From positions 89,111-153,110 of the forward strand of contig CAWENQ010000006.1 in NCBI GenBank assembly GCA_963810485.1: 64,000 nucleotides of DNA, in the 5' to 3' direction. The position numbers and the translations under genes are program-made. The first letter of the stretch is position 1; each line of letters begins with the position of its first letter. Source of the DNA: an uncultured Alphaproteobacteria bacterium (GTDB lineage: Bacteria > Pseudomonadota > Alphaproteobacteria > Dongiales > Dongiaceae). Below are positions 30,848 to 41,746 of this stretch, in pieces. Below the pieces are notes generated by a model. It searched no databases. It worked only from the letters and a program-made list of their open reading frames with translations, and had not been told where the DNA came from.

Positions 30848-31723
30848 TCACGCAGTCTGCGCCAGCCAATCGCGGATCGCGGCGATCTGGTCTTCCGTCA
30901 CCAGGCCCGGCGCATGGCCGGCGCCGGCGCAGTCGATGACCTTGGCCTTGGGACCGCGCTTCTGCATTTCCTTGGCGGTGCTCGCGGTCAGGACATCGGA
31001 GTTCGCGCCGCGCAGCACGAGCACCGGACAGGCGATCTTGTCCCAGAGCGCCCAGAGGTCCACATCCTGCTTCACACCGGCGGCGAAGCCCGCGGCGATA
31101 CCGGGATCATAGGCGAGGCTGAAGCCGCCGTTCTCGCGGCGGCGGTAGCCCTGCAGCGCCAGATGCCGCCAATCCTGATCGGTCATCGGCCCGAAGGGCG
31201 CATGGATCTTGCGCAAGTACGCCTCGAGTTCGTCGAGCGAGGCGAAATGCGGATCCTTGCCGACATAGTCGCCGAGCCGCGCCAGCGCCGCCTTGGGAAT
31301 GAACGGACCGATATCGTTGAGGATCAGCCGGCGCACCGGCGATTGCGCCGCCGCGGCAAGCTGCATGCCGATCAGGCCGCCCATGGACGTGCCCAGCCAA
31401 TCGACATCGCCGGCGCCGAGACGCGCGATCAACACGGTCATGTCGGCGAGATATTGCGGATATGAGTATTCGGCCGCCGGCAACCAGTCGCTGCGGCCGC
31501 GCCCGGCCACATCCGGGCAGATGACGCGATAGCGCTCCGAGAGCGCCGCCGCCAGCCGATCGAAATCGCGGCCGTTGCGCGTCAGGCCATGGACGCAGAT
31601 CAAGGTGCGCGGCGCCGTTGCAGCTCCCCACTCGGCATAGACCAGGCGGTGAAAACCGCTCGGTCCCAGACCCATGTAGCTCTCTGTCTTCATGGACAGC
31701 GCCAGCCCCCGCATGGTACCCAC
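30848..31723 (-). CDS. alpha/beta hydrolase
   Basis: 291 aa with LICVHGLTRNGRDFD...WLGTSMGGLIG (nucleophile elbow)...AGHAP. Confidence 0.8.
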   Translation of the reverse strand: MGTMRGLALSMKTESYMGLGPSGFHRLVYAEWGAATAPRTLICVHGLTRNGRDFDRLAAALSERYRVICPDVAGRGRSDWLPAAEYSYPQYLADMTVLIARLGAGDVDWLGTSMGGLIGMQLAAAAQSPVRRLILNDIGPFIPKAALARLGDYVGKDPHFASLDELEAYLRKIHAPFGPMTDQDWRHLALQGYRRRENGGFSLAYDPGIAAGFAAGVKQDVDLWALWDKIACPVLVLRGANSDVLTASTAKEMQKRGPKAKVIDCAGAGHAPGLVTEDQIAAIRDWLAQTA

Positions 31724-31822
31724 TGCATTGACTTGTTAGCATCTTCGCGGCGGGAACGGAAACCCATTAGACGCAAACCTGATAACGCGACGGCGCATAT
31801 CATTCCCCTGTCCGCAATCTGC

Positions 31823-32734
31823 ATGCCAAGCTCATCCGCCATGTCCTCCCCAGCCATCGCCCAGTCGCATCACCGCACCGGCGTAATGCTGGTCGCCGCC
31901 GCCGCGCTGATCTGGAGCACCGGCGGCTTGCTCGGCCGCATGGTGGAGACGGAGCCCGCCACCAAGCTGTTCACGCGCTCGGGCTTCGCCTGCATCGCGC
32001 TGCTGATCTATGTCGCGATCCGCCATCACGGTCATGTGATCAAGGCGTTCCGCGATCTGGGCTGGGCGGGCATCATTGTCGCCTGCAGTTTCGCCACGGC
32101 GTCGAGTTGCTTCATCTTCGCGCTGGAATACACCACCGTCGCCAACATCATGTTCATCCAGGCCGCGGCGCCGTTCTTCGCCGGCCTGCTCGGCTGGCTG
32201 CTGATGCGCGAGCCCGTAGGCCTGCGGTCCTGGATCTGCATGGCCGTGGTGCTCGGCGGCATCGGCCTCATGATGATCGATTCCTTCGGCGGCGGCGGCA
32301 TGGTGGGCAATCTGTTGTCCATCGTCATGATGATGGGCTTCGCCAGCGCCATCGTCGTCACACGGCGGCACCGGGAGATCCGCATGGCGCCGGCGACCTG
32401 CCTCGGCACATTCATCGCCGCCTGCGTCGCGTTCCCCATGGCGGACACGTCGATGCTATCGACGCAGGACATCGGCACGCTCGCGCTGTTCGGCGCCGGG
32501 CAGATGGCGTTTGGCCTGGTGATGTTCACCGCGGGCACGCGGCTGATCCCCGCGGCAGAGGCCGGGCTGATCTCCAACCTCGAGCCGGTGCTGGCGCCGG
32601 TCTGGGTGTGGCTGGTCTTCACGGAGACGCCGTCTGATTACACGATCATCGGCGGCCTGCTGGTGCTCAGCACGCTCGTGGTCTACACGCTGATGGACTG
32701 GCGGCAGGAACGCGCGGTGCCGCCGGCCGTCTAG
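31823..32734 (+). CDS. EamA/DMT family transporter
   Basis: About 10 hydrophobic spans in two EamA repeats (LVAAAALIWSTGG..., TFIAACVAFP...). An internal ATG (31823 or 31841) is preferred, because the track ORF start overlaps the upstream hydrolase gene. Confidence 0.8.
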   Translation: MPSSSAMSSPAIAQSHHRTGVMLVAAAALIWSTGGLLGRMVETEPATKLFTRSGFACIALLIYVAIRHHGHVIKAFRDLGWAGIIVACSFATASSCFIFALEYTTVANIMFIQAAAPFFAGLLGWLLMREPVGLRSWICMAVVLGGIGLMMIDSFGGGGMVGNLLSIVMMMGFASAIVVTRRHREIRMAPATCLGTFIAACVAFPMADTSMLSTQDIGTLALFGAGQMAFGLVMFTAGTRLIPAAEAGLISNLEPVLAPVWVWLVFTETPSDYTIIGGLLVLSTLVVYTLMDWRQERAVPPAV

Positions 32735-33876
32735 CCGCCGATCGGCGCATCCTCGACGACGACCAGCGTCTCCGGATACATGCCGTTGAACCGCGTCGCC
32801 AGCGCGTGGCTGTAGGCGCCGACGCGGTCGATCTCGATCCAGTCGCCTTCCTGCGTATCCTCGGGCAAGCTGAACTCGCCAGGCAGCACGTCGAGGGAGT
32901 CGCAGGTCGGGCCGTTGAGCTGGAAGCTGTGCATCGTTTTCGACGGCTGGCTTTTCAGCCGCACCAGCCGCGCCGGCAGCCGCACGCCGCCTTGAACCAT
33001 CTCGCTCAGCGAGCCGTAGATGCCGTCATTGATGTAGAGCTTGTCGCCCTTGCGGAGCTGCACCTGCGTCACCAGGGAGATGCCGTGGGCCACCAGCGCC
33101 CGGCCCGGCTCGCACATGAGGATGCAGTCGCGGCGCAGCTTGAGTTCCTTCACGCCGGCCTCGATCTCCTCGATATAGGCCTCGAGCGGCGGCATGTTGG
33201 TGCCGATATATTCCGCCGGGAAACCGCCGCCCACATCCAGGATCTGGATCGGCGTATCGGCCTTCGCCAGCACCTGGCCGATGATCTTCAGCGCCATTGA
33301 ATAGGCGCCGGGCACCAGGCATTGCGAGCCCACATGGAAGCAGAGTCCGACCGCGCAGCCGCGCGAATGCGCCTCCTTCAGCAGCGCCGCCGCCTCATCC
33401 GGCTCGGCGCCGAACTTGTCGGCGAGATGATAGAAGGTGCCTTCCACCGGCGGCGTCTTGACGCGCACTACAATGGTGAGTCCCTCCGCCCCGCCGGTCT
33501 CGTCCAGCACCTTGGTCAGTTCGTCCGGGTGGTCGACGACAAAGGTATCGATGCCATAGACATGGTCGGTCGTATTGATGACCGCCCGGCCCTTCACCGG
33601 ATGCATGAAATAGGCGCCGGCATCGGGAAAGTTTTCCCGCACCAACGCGATCTCCGGCAGCGAGGCCGTGTCGAAATGGCGGATGCCGGACTTGTACAGT
33701 TCCTGCAGCACCCGCGGGTGGGGATTGCATTTCACCGCATAGAGCACGCGGCCGGGAAACTGCTCGAGGAACCTCTGCACCGTCTTGCGCAACACATGCG
33801 GGCGCAGGCAATAAACCGGGTAGCTCGGCTTCAGTGCCGCCACCATCGAGCGAACATCGGGGAATTGGGCTTCCAT
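32731..33876 (-). CDS. type III PLP ornithine/lysine decarboxylase
   Basis: 381 aa with YAVKCNPHP (PLP Lys)...LDVGGGFP...GPTCDSLD...VGAYS. Confidence 0.85.
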   Translation of the reverse strand: MEAQFPDVRSMVAALKPSYPVYCLRPHVLRKTVQRFLEQFPGRVLYAVKCNPHPRVLQELYKSGIRHFDTASLPEIALVRENFPDAGAYFMHPVKGRAVINTTDHVYGIDTFVVDHPDELTKVLDETGGAEGLTIVVRVKTPPVEGTFYHLADKFGAEPDEAAALLKEAHSRGCAVGLCFHVGSQCLVPGAYSMALKIIGQVLAKADTPIQILDVGGGFPAEYIGTNMPPLEAYIEEIEAGVKELKLRRDCILMCEPGRALVAHGISLVTQVQLRKGDKLYINDGIYGSLSEMVQGGVRLPARLVRLKSQPSKTMHSFQLNGPTCDSLDVLPGEFSLPEDTQEGDWIEIDRVGAYSHALATRFNGMYPETLVVVEDAPIGG

Positions 33877-33954
33877 GTCTGATTCGGGACTCGCGGCGGC
33901 AAGAGACGGCCCGCCTTCTAGCTCAGGGCGGTGCCGCTGTCACCTGCGCTGCTG

Positions 33955-35367
33955 TTACGGTTTGAGAAGGGCCTTGATCGCCGGCGAGGCCACCACCTGC
34001 CCCAGGCCGACATAGGCGTCGTGGTTGGCCTCGATATCGGGCAGCCGGTAGAGGTAGTTCACCATCATGCCATATGACTCCTTGAGCCCTTTCGGCGAAC
34101 GGTCGGCGAGCCAGTTGATCCGCTCCAGCCGGGCGCCATTGGCCAGATGGAACCGTGCCACGGAGTCCAGCGCCTTGCCCTGAAATTTCTCCTGGCATAG
34201 ATAGCGGGCGCACCACCGGCGCATCGGCTCAGCCAAATGCCCGGCCGCTTCGGCATCCTGGGACCAGCCGGGTTGCGCCAGCGCGTCGCGCAGCTTTGCA
34301 GCGGACATGTCGCCATTGCCGTTGCCGAAGCGCTTCTTCGGCGGCTCGTCGTTGGCCGGCGCCGCCGCGAGCGCCGTATCGAGCCAGCGCCGGAAGCCGG
34401 GGATCGGCGACAGGGTCGCGAAGTTCTTGAGCTGCGGCAGGTCCCGCACCAGGGACTCCACCACCTTCTTGATCAGGAAATCGCCGAAGCTGATGCCGCG
34501 CAGACCCTTCTGCGTATTCGAGATCGAATAGAAGATCGCCGTGTCGGCATCCGCCAGATCGACCCGCGGCGCGCCTTCGTCCAGCAGCTTGTGCACGTCA
34601 TCGGCCAGGCCGTTCACCAGCGCCACCTCGACGAAGATCAGCGGCTCTGCCGGAATGCTGGGATGGAAGAAGGCGAAGCAGCGCCGGTCGGAGTCCAGCC
34701 GGTTCTTGAGGTCGCTCCAGGACTGGATTTCATGCACCGCCTCATAGGCGATCAGCTTTTCCAGCAACGACGCCGGCGAATCCCAGCCGATGCGTTCCAG
34801 CGTCAACAGGCCGATATCGAACCAGGAAGTGAAGAGCTCCTGCAGATCGCGGTCCAAACCGCGCAAGTCGGCATCGTCCTTCAGATGATCGATCAGGTCG
34901 GCGCGCAGATCGATCAGGAACTTGAATCCGTCGGGCAGCGTGGTGAGCTGCTTCAGCAGCCGCACCCGCGGCGCCACCAGCGCGTCCCGCAGCATGTCCT
35001 CCGCCGCCGCAATCTGCGCCCGGTCCTTCGCCTGGCGATAGCTCACGATCGCCTTGTCGACGGCATCGCGCTCGGCGGCGAAATCCTTGGCCAGGATGGA
35101 CAGGAAGCGCTGCCGCCCCTCGGGCGCCAGCGAGACATAGGCGCGGCCGATCTCCGCCGCCCGCGCCCGCGCCGAGACCTCACCACCGCGGCTGGCGACG
35201 CATTCCGCGATCCGCTGCCGCAGCCGCGCCGCATCGTCGTCGGGCAGGTTCGGGCGAAAGCCATTGCCGCCGCCGCCCGGCCAGGCGCGCAGCGACAGGT
35301 CGCGCCAGACATCGCGGAGCTGCGCGACGGTGCGGTCGAACAAAGAGGGCGTGAACGCCTGCGGCAT
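33955..35367 (-). CDS. malonyl-CoA decarboxylase
   Basis: 470 aa with FFHPSIPAEPLIFVEVAL...FYSISNTQKGLRGISFGDFLIKKVV...ARFHLANGARLERINWLAD. Confidence 0.85.
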   Translation of the reverse strand: MPQAFTPSLFDRTVAQLRDVWRDLSLRAWPGGGGNGFRPNLPDDDAARLRQRIAECVASRGGEVSARARAAEIGRAYVSLAPEGRQRFLSILAKDFAAERDAVDKAIVSYRQAKDRAQIAAAEDMLRDALVAPRVRLLKQLTTLPDGFKFLIDLRADLIDHLKDDADLRGLDRDLQELFTSWFDIGLLTLERIGWDSPASLLEKLIAYEAVHEIQSWSDLKNRLDSDRRCFAFFHPSIPAEPLIFVEVALVNGLADDVHKLLDEGAPRVDLADADTAIFYSISNTQKGLRGISFGDFLIKKVVESLVRDLPQLKNFATLSPIPGFRRWLDTALAAAPANDEPPKKRFGNGNGDMSAAKLRDALAQPGWSQDAEAAGHLAEPMRRWCARYLCQEKFQGKALDSVARFHLANGARLERINWLADRSPKGLKESYGMMVNYLYRLPDIEANHDAYVGLGQVVASPAIKALLKP

Positions 35368-35543
35368 TTTCAGTGCAACAATCCGGTCATCGTTTGGTTG
35401 CGGCCGATGTCCATTTTACATAGGGATGGTTACGATAATGGTAAGGCTAAGTCCTGGGGCAAAATTGATGCGCCGTCAGCAGGTTGCGGGTACCCTGCGC
35501 CTCGGCTAAGAAGCCCGGTCATTTCCTTGGGCGGAGCATCTTC

Positions 35544-36717
35544 ATGGCCGTGGCGGGCCCGCTTTCCGGCATCGTCGTTCTCGATCTCACGCGCGTCCTC
35601 GCCGGTCCCTATTGCACGATGATCCTGGCCGACCTTGGCGCCCGCGTGCTGAAGGTCGAGTCGCCCGGCAGCGGAGATGACTCCCGCGGCTACGGACCCT
35701 TCGTCAACGGCAAGTCCGCCTACTTCATGGCGATGAACCGGGGCAAGGAGAGCATCGCGCTCGACCTCAAGGCGCCATCGGATCGGCACATCTTCGAGCA
35801 GCTCCTGCCGAAGGTTGACGTGCTGGTGGAGAATTTCCGGCCGGGCGCCATGGAACGGCTTGGCTACGGCTGGGAAACGCTCAGCGCCCAGTATCCACGC
35901 CTGATCTACGCCGCCGCCTCTGGCTTCGGCCATAACGGGCCGTACAAGAGCCGTCCCGCCTATGACATGGTGGTGCAGGGCATGGGCGGCATCATGAGCA
36001 TCACCGGCCAGCCCGGCGGTCCGCCGACTCGCGTGGGCGCATCGGTCGGCGATCTCACGGCTGGCCTGTTCACTACCATCGGCATTTCCAGTGCCCTGCA
36101 TCACCGCGCCGAGTCCGGCAAGGGCATGAAGATCGACGTGGCCATGCTGGATTGCCAGGTGGCGATCCTGGAAAACGCCCTCAGCCGCTACTTTCTCAGC
36201 GGCAAGTCGCCGGGGCCGCTGGGGGCGCGGCATCCCTCGATCGCGCCCTTCGCTGCTTACAAGACCGCCGACGGCCATATCATTATCGCCTGCGGCACCG
36301 ATGCCCTCTATCGCAAATTCTGCGCCGCCATCGAGCGCCCCGCCCTGATCGACGATGCGCGCTTCGTCACCAACGACAAGCGTTCGGACAACGTGGACGC
36401 GCTAACTGTAGATATAGAATCCGCCCTCGCCGGTCATGGCACGGCGCATTGGCTATCGCTCCTGGAGAAGCTCGGCATACCCTGCGGACCGATTAACGAT
36501 GTCGCCACCATCGCCAACGATCCTCATATCGCCGCCCGCAATATGATCGTCGGCATCGAGGATCCCGAGGCAGGTTCTCTGAAGGTCGCCGGCAATCCCA
36601 TCAAGATGTCCGCCTTCGCCGACCGGACGTATGCGGGCCGCGGCACCCGGCATCGACCGCGACCGCGCCCGCATCCTCCAGGATTTCGGCATCAGCGAGG
36701 CGCCGGGCAAGCCATGA
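35544..36717 (+). pseudogene. family III (CaiB/BaiF) CoA-transferase, C-terminal frameshift as assembled
   Basis: MAVAGPLSGIVVLDLTRVLAGPYCTMILADLGARVLKVE...ENFRPG...GDLTAG. After ...FADRTYAG the +1 frame gives AAAPGIDRDRARILQDFGISEAPGKP followed by TGA. That TGA overlaps the next ATG (ATGA at 36714). The indel is near 36633-36640. Confidence 0.8.
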
Positions 36718-39093
36718 AATGGCTGCGCCGCATTCTGGGCGCGCTGCTGGGCCTTGTCATTCTCGCCGCCCTCGCCATCGCCGGCGTTGTATTTCTGTGG
36801 ATGCCCACGTCGCTGCCCCAGACCACCGGCGAGATATCAGTTCCTGGCCTCGCTGCGCCGGTGCAGATCCTGCGCGATGCCGATGGGATCGTCACCATAC
36901 GCGCGCAGAATGACGCCGATGCCGCCTTCGCCCTCGGCTATGTTCATGCGCAGGACCGGCTGGTGCAGATGGAGATGATGCGGCGGCTGGTCGCCGGCCG
37001 GCTGTCGGAAGTGGTCGGCAGCATGACTCTCTCCACCGACCGCACCATGCGCGTGCTCGGCCTCTACCGCGCCGCCGCGGAGAGCGAAGCCTTGCTTCCT
37101 GGGGACACAAGGGCGCGGCTCGAGTCCTACGCGGCCGGCGTGAACGCCTACATCGACGGGCATACCGGCGCCTGGCCGCCGGAGTTCGAAGTGCTCCGCC
37201 ATCGGCCCGAACCCTGGCGCGTCGTGGACTCGCTGGCCTGGGGCCGCATCATGGCGCTGCGGCTCAGCAACAATTACTGGATGGAGTTCCTGCGCTACCG
37301 CCTGTCGCAGAAACTCACGCCGGCCGAAATGAACTCGCTTATGCCGTTGGGCGATGGCGCGCAGCAGGCTTCCATTCTGCCGTCTGCTCCAGAGGTGCAG
37401 GCCAGCCTTCTGTCTGATCTCGACCCCATCCTCCAGCCCTCGCGCGGCGCCTCCAACAGCTTCGCAGTCAGCGGCAGCCGCACCGCATCCGGCGCGCCGA
37501 TCCTCGCCAACGATCCCCATCTCGGTCTGGACTCGCCGATCGTCTGGTATCTGGTGCGCATCGAGACGCCCGATCATCTGCTCGTCGGCGCGACATCTCC
37601 CGGCGGTCCCTTCGTCATCATCGGCCAAAACGGCCATCTCGTCTGGTCGCTGACGACGACTCATAGCGACACCCAAGACCTCTTTCTGGAGAAACTGGAC
37701 CCGGCCGACCCGGCCCGCTACGCGACGCCTGCTGGCATGGCCGCTTTCGAGACGCACACGGAGACGATCCATGTTCGCGGCGGCGAGGATGAGCAGCTCA
37801 CCATCCGCAGAAGCCGGCACGGCCCGATCTTGTCGGATCTCCCGCGCTTTCACCAGGTCGACAATGGCTATGCATTGGCCTTGAGTTGGCCGGCCCTACG
37901 CGCCGACGACCGGACCGCCACGGCAATCCATCATCTGAATTTTGCCACGACAGTCGATGAGGCTTTTGCCGCGCTCCAGGATTTCCACAGCCCGCAACAG
38001 AACTTTGTTCTGGCCGACACTGCCGGCAATATTGGTTTCGTCGCCGCCGGCCGCGTGCCGGTGCGCAAGGCGCTGAACGCCAATTCAATGATGCCAGCGC
38101 CGGGTTGGGACGGCGACTATGATTGGGCCGGTTTCCTGCCATTCAAGGAACTGCCTCAAGTCAAGAACCCGCCCGAAGGATTCATTGCCACCGCCAACAG
38201 TAAGATCACTCCGGCGGGCTACAGCCACTTCATCACCGGCCATTGGCAAGAGTCCTACCGCCAGGATCGAATCCAGGAGTTCCTGCGCGCGGACTCCAAG
38301 CTCACGATGGACTCGGCGGCGGGCATCATGCGCGACACCTACTCGGCCGCGGCGAAGAAACAGCTTGCGGCGCTGATGCCGAGTTCTCGAAACGATGGGC
38401 GCGGCATCCAACGAAGAAAAGGCGGCGATCGAAATTCTCAAGCAATGGGATTTCCACGTCGATCGCGGTCAGGCTGCGCCGCTTATCTTGACGACTTGGC
38501 TCCGCGAGGCCGACAAGGCGCTCTTTGCGGGGCGGCTCGGCGGCGAATTCGTCGACTACATCTGGACGAACCCGATGGCGGCGATCGATGCCCTCGGCCA
38601 GGAAGATCCGACCTGGTGCCGCCTGTCGGGTCAGGATCAGATCGGCGTCTGCCTGGCGAAGTTGCAGAACTCATTTCGCGGCGCGATAAAGCAGCTCATC
38701 ACGCACTACGGCAGTGATGTCAGCCAATGGCGCTGGGGCGATGCCCATCAGGCGCGGTTCGCCAACGCGCTGCTGGATCGAGTGCCGCTGCTCGGCAGCT
38801 GGCTGTTCACGCCGCTGGAAACCGATGGCGATGAATACACGGTGAATCGCGGCACCGCCGACATCGACTACGAGTCCGATGAACCCGTCTATCCCCATGT
38901 GCATGGCGCCTCGATGCGGGCCATCTTCGATCTCGGGAATCTAGACGGTTCGCAGTTCATGCTCGCCGGCGGCCAGTCGGGGAATCCGCTCTCGCTGCAT
39001 TACCGCGACCTTCTGGCCCGCTGGCGCGATCAGCAGTATTTCACTATGGTGGGACAGGGTGTCGACACCCTGACACTCCGCCCCGCGCCATGA
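36714..39093 (+). pseudogene. penicillin amidase / acyl-homoserine-lactone acylase family Ntn hydrolase, one frameshift as assembled
   Basis: N-terminal TM MKWLRRILGALLGLVILAALAIAG. Motifs FALGYVHAQDRLVQMEMMRR and the beta-subunit nucleophile context SRGASNSFAVSG...ILANDPHL. The C-terminal third continues in ORF 38395..39093 (junction near 38376-38384). The 1077-aa track ORF is an artificial fusion with the CoA-transferase. Confidence 0.8.
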
Positions 39094-39109
39094 TCGACGA
39101 AAGCCGCTG

Positions 39110-40342
39110 ATGACCGTAACCATCGACGATATCCGCGCCGCTGCGGACACCATCGCCGGCCATGTGGTGCGCACGCCGGCCGTCTCGGCGCCCCGCCTCG
39201 CGGCGGCTACCGGTGCGGCCACGATCACGCTGAAGCTGGAGAATCAGCAATTCACCGGCTCCTTCAAGGATCGCGGCGCCTGCAACAAGCTGCGCAGCCT
39301 CACGCCCCAGGAAGCCAAGGCCGGCGTCATCGCCATGTCGGCCGGCAACCATGCCCAGGGTGTCGCCTATCACGCCCAGAGATTCTCCATCCCCGCCACC
39401 ATCGTCATGCCCCAGGGCACACCCTTCAACAAGGTGGAGCGGACCAAGAGCTTCGGCGCGCGGGTATTGCTGGAAGGCGACAGCATCGACAGCTCGGCGG
39501 TGTTCGCCCGCGAAGTCGCGCAGCGCGAAGGCCTGATCTTCGTCCATCCCTATGACGATGAGAAGATCGTCGCCGGCCAGGGCACCATCGGACTCGAGCT
39601 GTTCGCCGATGCGCCGCAGCTGGACACCGTGATCGTTCCCATCGGCGGCGGCGGCATCCTGGCGGGCATTGCCACGGCGCTGAAGGCGCTGAAGCCCGCG
39701 GTCGACATGATCGGCGTCGAGGCCGCGCTTTATCCCTCCATGCATCATGCGGTGCAGAAGATTGCGCCGGCCAATGGCGGGCAAACGATTGCGGAAGGCA
39801 TCGCCGTCAAATCGCCCGGTGCGATTCCGAAAGCGATCATCGAGCGGCTGGTGAGCGAAATCCTGCTGGTCGATGAAGATCCGCTGGAGCACGCTGTTCA
39901 ATTGCTGGTGGAGACGCAGAAGATCGTCGCCGAGGGCGCCGGCGCCGCGGGACTCGCGGCCGTTCTCGCCCATGGCAAGCGCTTTGCCGGCAAGCATGTG
40001 GGCATCGTCATCTGCGGCGGCAATATCGATTCCCGCATCCTGTCGCAAGTGCTGATGCGCGGCATGGTGCGTGACGGCCGGGTAACGACGCTGCGCATCC
40101 AGATAACGGACTCGCCCGGCGTGCTCGGCACGCTCGCCCGCACCATCGGCGAAGCCGGCGGCAACATCATCGAGATCTATCACCAGCGCATGTTCTACGA
40201 TCTGCCGGTGAAGAAGGCCGATGTGGACGCGATGATCGAGACGCGCAACGCCGGCCACGTCAGCGAGATTGTCGGCAAGCTGCAGGAGGCGGGCTTCCCC
40301 ACCCGTGTGCTCAGCAGCCATTCCGGCGCCGAAGGCGAATAG
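39110..40342 (+). CDS. ilvA: threonine ammonia-lyase (threonine dehydratase) with C-terminal ACT-like domain
   Basis: 410 aa with LKLENQQFTGSFKDRGA (PLP Lys)...SAGNHAQGVA...PIGGGGILAG. Confidence 0.85.
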   Translation: MTVTIDDIRAAADTIAGHVVRTPAVSAPRLAAATGAATITLKLENQQFTGSFKDRGACNKLRSLTPQEAKAGVIAMSAGNHAQGVAYHAQRFSIPATIVMPQGTPFNKVERTKSFGARVLLEGDSIDSSAVFAREVAQREGLIFVHPYDDEKIVAGQGTIGLELFADAPQLDTVIVPIGGGGILAGIATALKALKPAVDMIGVEAALYPSMHHAVQKIAPANGGQTIAEGIAVKSPGAIPKAIIERLVSEILLVDEDPLEHAVQLLVETQKIVAEGAGAAGLAAVLAHGKRFAGKHVGIVICGGNIDSRILSQVLMRGMVRDGRVTTLRIQITDSPGVLGTLARTIGEAGGNIIEIYHQRMFYDLPVKKADVDAMIETRNAGHVSEIVGKLQEAGFPTRVLSSHSGAEGE

Positions 40343-40360
40343 AGAGCGACAGGAGCAGAC

Positions 40361-41728
40361 ATGACCGCCTATGGGAATGTACTGGAGATGATCGGCGGGA
40401 CGCCGCTGGTGGAAGTGAAGCGGCTGGATACCGGCAAGTGCAAACTGTTCCTGAAGCTGGAGAACCAGAATCCCGGCGGCTCGATCAAAGACCGCATCGC
40501 ACTCTCGATGGTCGAGGCGGCGGAGCGCGACGGTTCGCTCAAGCCGGGCGGCACGCTGATCGAGGCGACGGCGGGCAATACCGGCCTCGGGCTCGCGCTG
40601 GTCGCTTCGCAAAAAGGCTATCGGCTGATCCTGGTCATTCCCGACAAGATGGCGCAGGAGAAGGTCTTCAACCTGCGCGCCCTCGGCGCAGAATGCCGCA
40701 TGACCCGCTCCGACGTGGGCAAGGGTCATCCCGAATATTACCAGGACATCGCCGAGCGCCTGACCAAGGAAACGCCGGGCGCCATCTACGTCAATCAGTT
40801 CGGCAATCCGGCAAACCCGCTGGCGCATGAAGCCAGCACTGGCCCCGAGATCTGGCAGCAGATGGATCACCAGGTCGACGCAGTCGTCTGCGGCGTCGGT
40901 TCCGGCGGCACGCTCACCGGCCTCGGCCGCTTCTTCAAGCGCGTGTCGCCGACGACCAAGATGGTGCTGGCCGATCCCAAGGGTTCCGTCCTGACGGAAA
41001 TGGTCAAGTCGGGCAACATGACCGAAGCCGGCTCCTGGATGGTCGAGGGCATCGGCGAAGATTTTGTGCCGCCGAACTGCGATCTTTCGCTGGTAAGCGA
41101 AGCCTATACCGTCACCGATGCGGAGAGTTTCGCCACCGCCCGCGACGTCCTGAAGAAAGAGGGCATCCTCGCCGGCTCCTCGTCCGGCACGCTGATCACG
41201 GCGGCGCTGAAATATTGCCGCGAGCAGAAGACGCCGAAGCGCGTGGTCAGCTTCGTCTGCGACAGCGGCAACAAGTATCTGTCCAAGATGTTCAACGATT
41301 ATTGGATGCTGGACCAGGGATTCATCGAGCGCGAGAAGCGCGGCGATCTCGGCGATCTGGTATCGCGGCGCCATTCGGACAAGGCGACGGTGACGGCCGA
41401 TCCGGAGGACACGCTGCTCGCCGCGTATGCGCGGATGAAGCTCTATGACATCTCGCAGATACCGGTGCTGGAGAACGGCAAGATCATCGGCATCCTCGAC
41501 GAGTCCGACATCCTGCTGGAGGTTTATGGCAATGAGGACAAGTTCCGCGGCAAGGTACGCGCAGCGATGACCACGAAGCTCGATATCGTCGGCGCAAAGG
41601 CGCCGCTGTCCGACCTGCTGCCGATCTTCGCCCGCGACCATGTGGCGATCGTGCAGGAAGGCGATCAGTTCCTCGGCCTGATCACGCGGATCGATCTGCT
41701 CAATCACCTGCGCCGGCGGATGAAATAG
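40361..41728 (+). CDS. cystathionine beta-synthase-like (CysK-fold PLP domain plus CBS pair)
   Basis: 455 aa with LKLENQNPGGSIKDRIAL...ATAGNTGLGLA...GVGSGGTLTG..., then a tandem CBS domain (MKLYDISQIPVLENGKIIGILDESD...). Confidence 0.85.
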   Translation: MTAYGNVLEMIGGTPLVEVKRLDTGKCKLFLKLENQNPGGSIKDRIALSMVEAAERDGSLKPGGTLIEATAGNTGLGLALVASQKGYRLILVIPDKMAQEKVFNLRALGAECRMTRSDVGKGHPEYYQDIAERLTKETPGAIYVNQFGNPANPLAHEASTGPEIWQQMDHQVDAVVCGVGSGGTLTGLGRFFKRVSPTTKMVLADPKGSVLTEMVKSGNMTEAGSWMVEGIGEDFVPPNCDLSLVSEAYTVTDAESFATARDVLKKEGILAGSSSGTLITAALKYCREQKTPKRVVSFVCDSGNKYLSKMFNDYWMLDQGFIEREKRGDLGDLVSRRHSDKATVTADPEDTLLAAYARMKLYDISQIPVLENGKIIGILDESDILLEVYGNEDKFRGKVRAAMTTKLDIVGAKAPLSDLLPIFARDHVAIVQEGDQFLGLITRIDLLNHLRRRMK

Positions 41729-41746
41729 GAATCGGAAACTGAGATC

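Noticed and set aside
35484-38717. 1077-aa ORF read as a natural CoA-transferase/penicillin-acylase fusion protein
   Set aside because: At about 36636 the +1 frame yields a normal CoA-transferase C-terminus (AAPGIDRDRARILQDFGISEAPGKP). It ends in a TGA that overlaps the ATG of the acylase, which then begins with its own TM signal-anchor. The fusion is an indel artefact, and the ORF tail after about 38380 is also out of frame.
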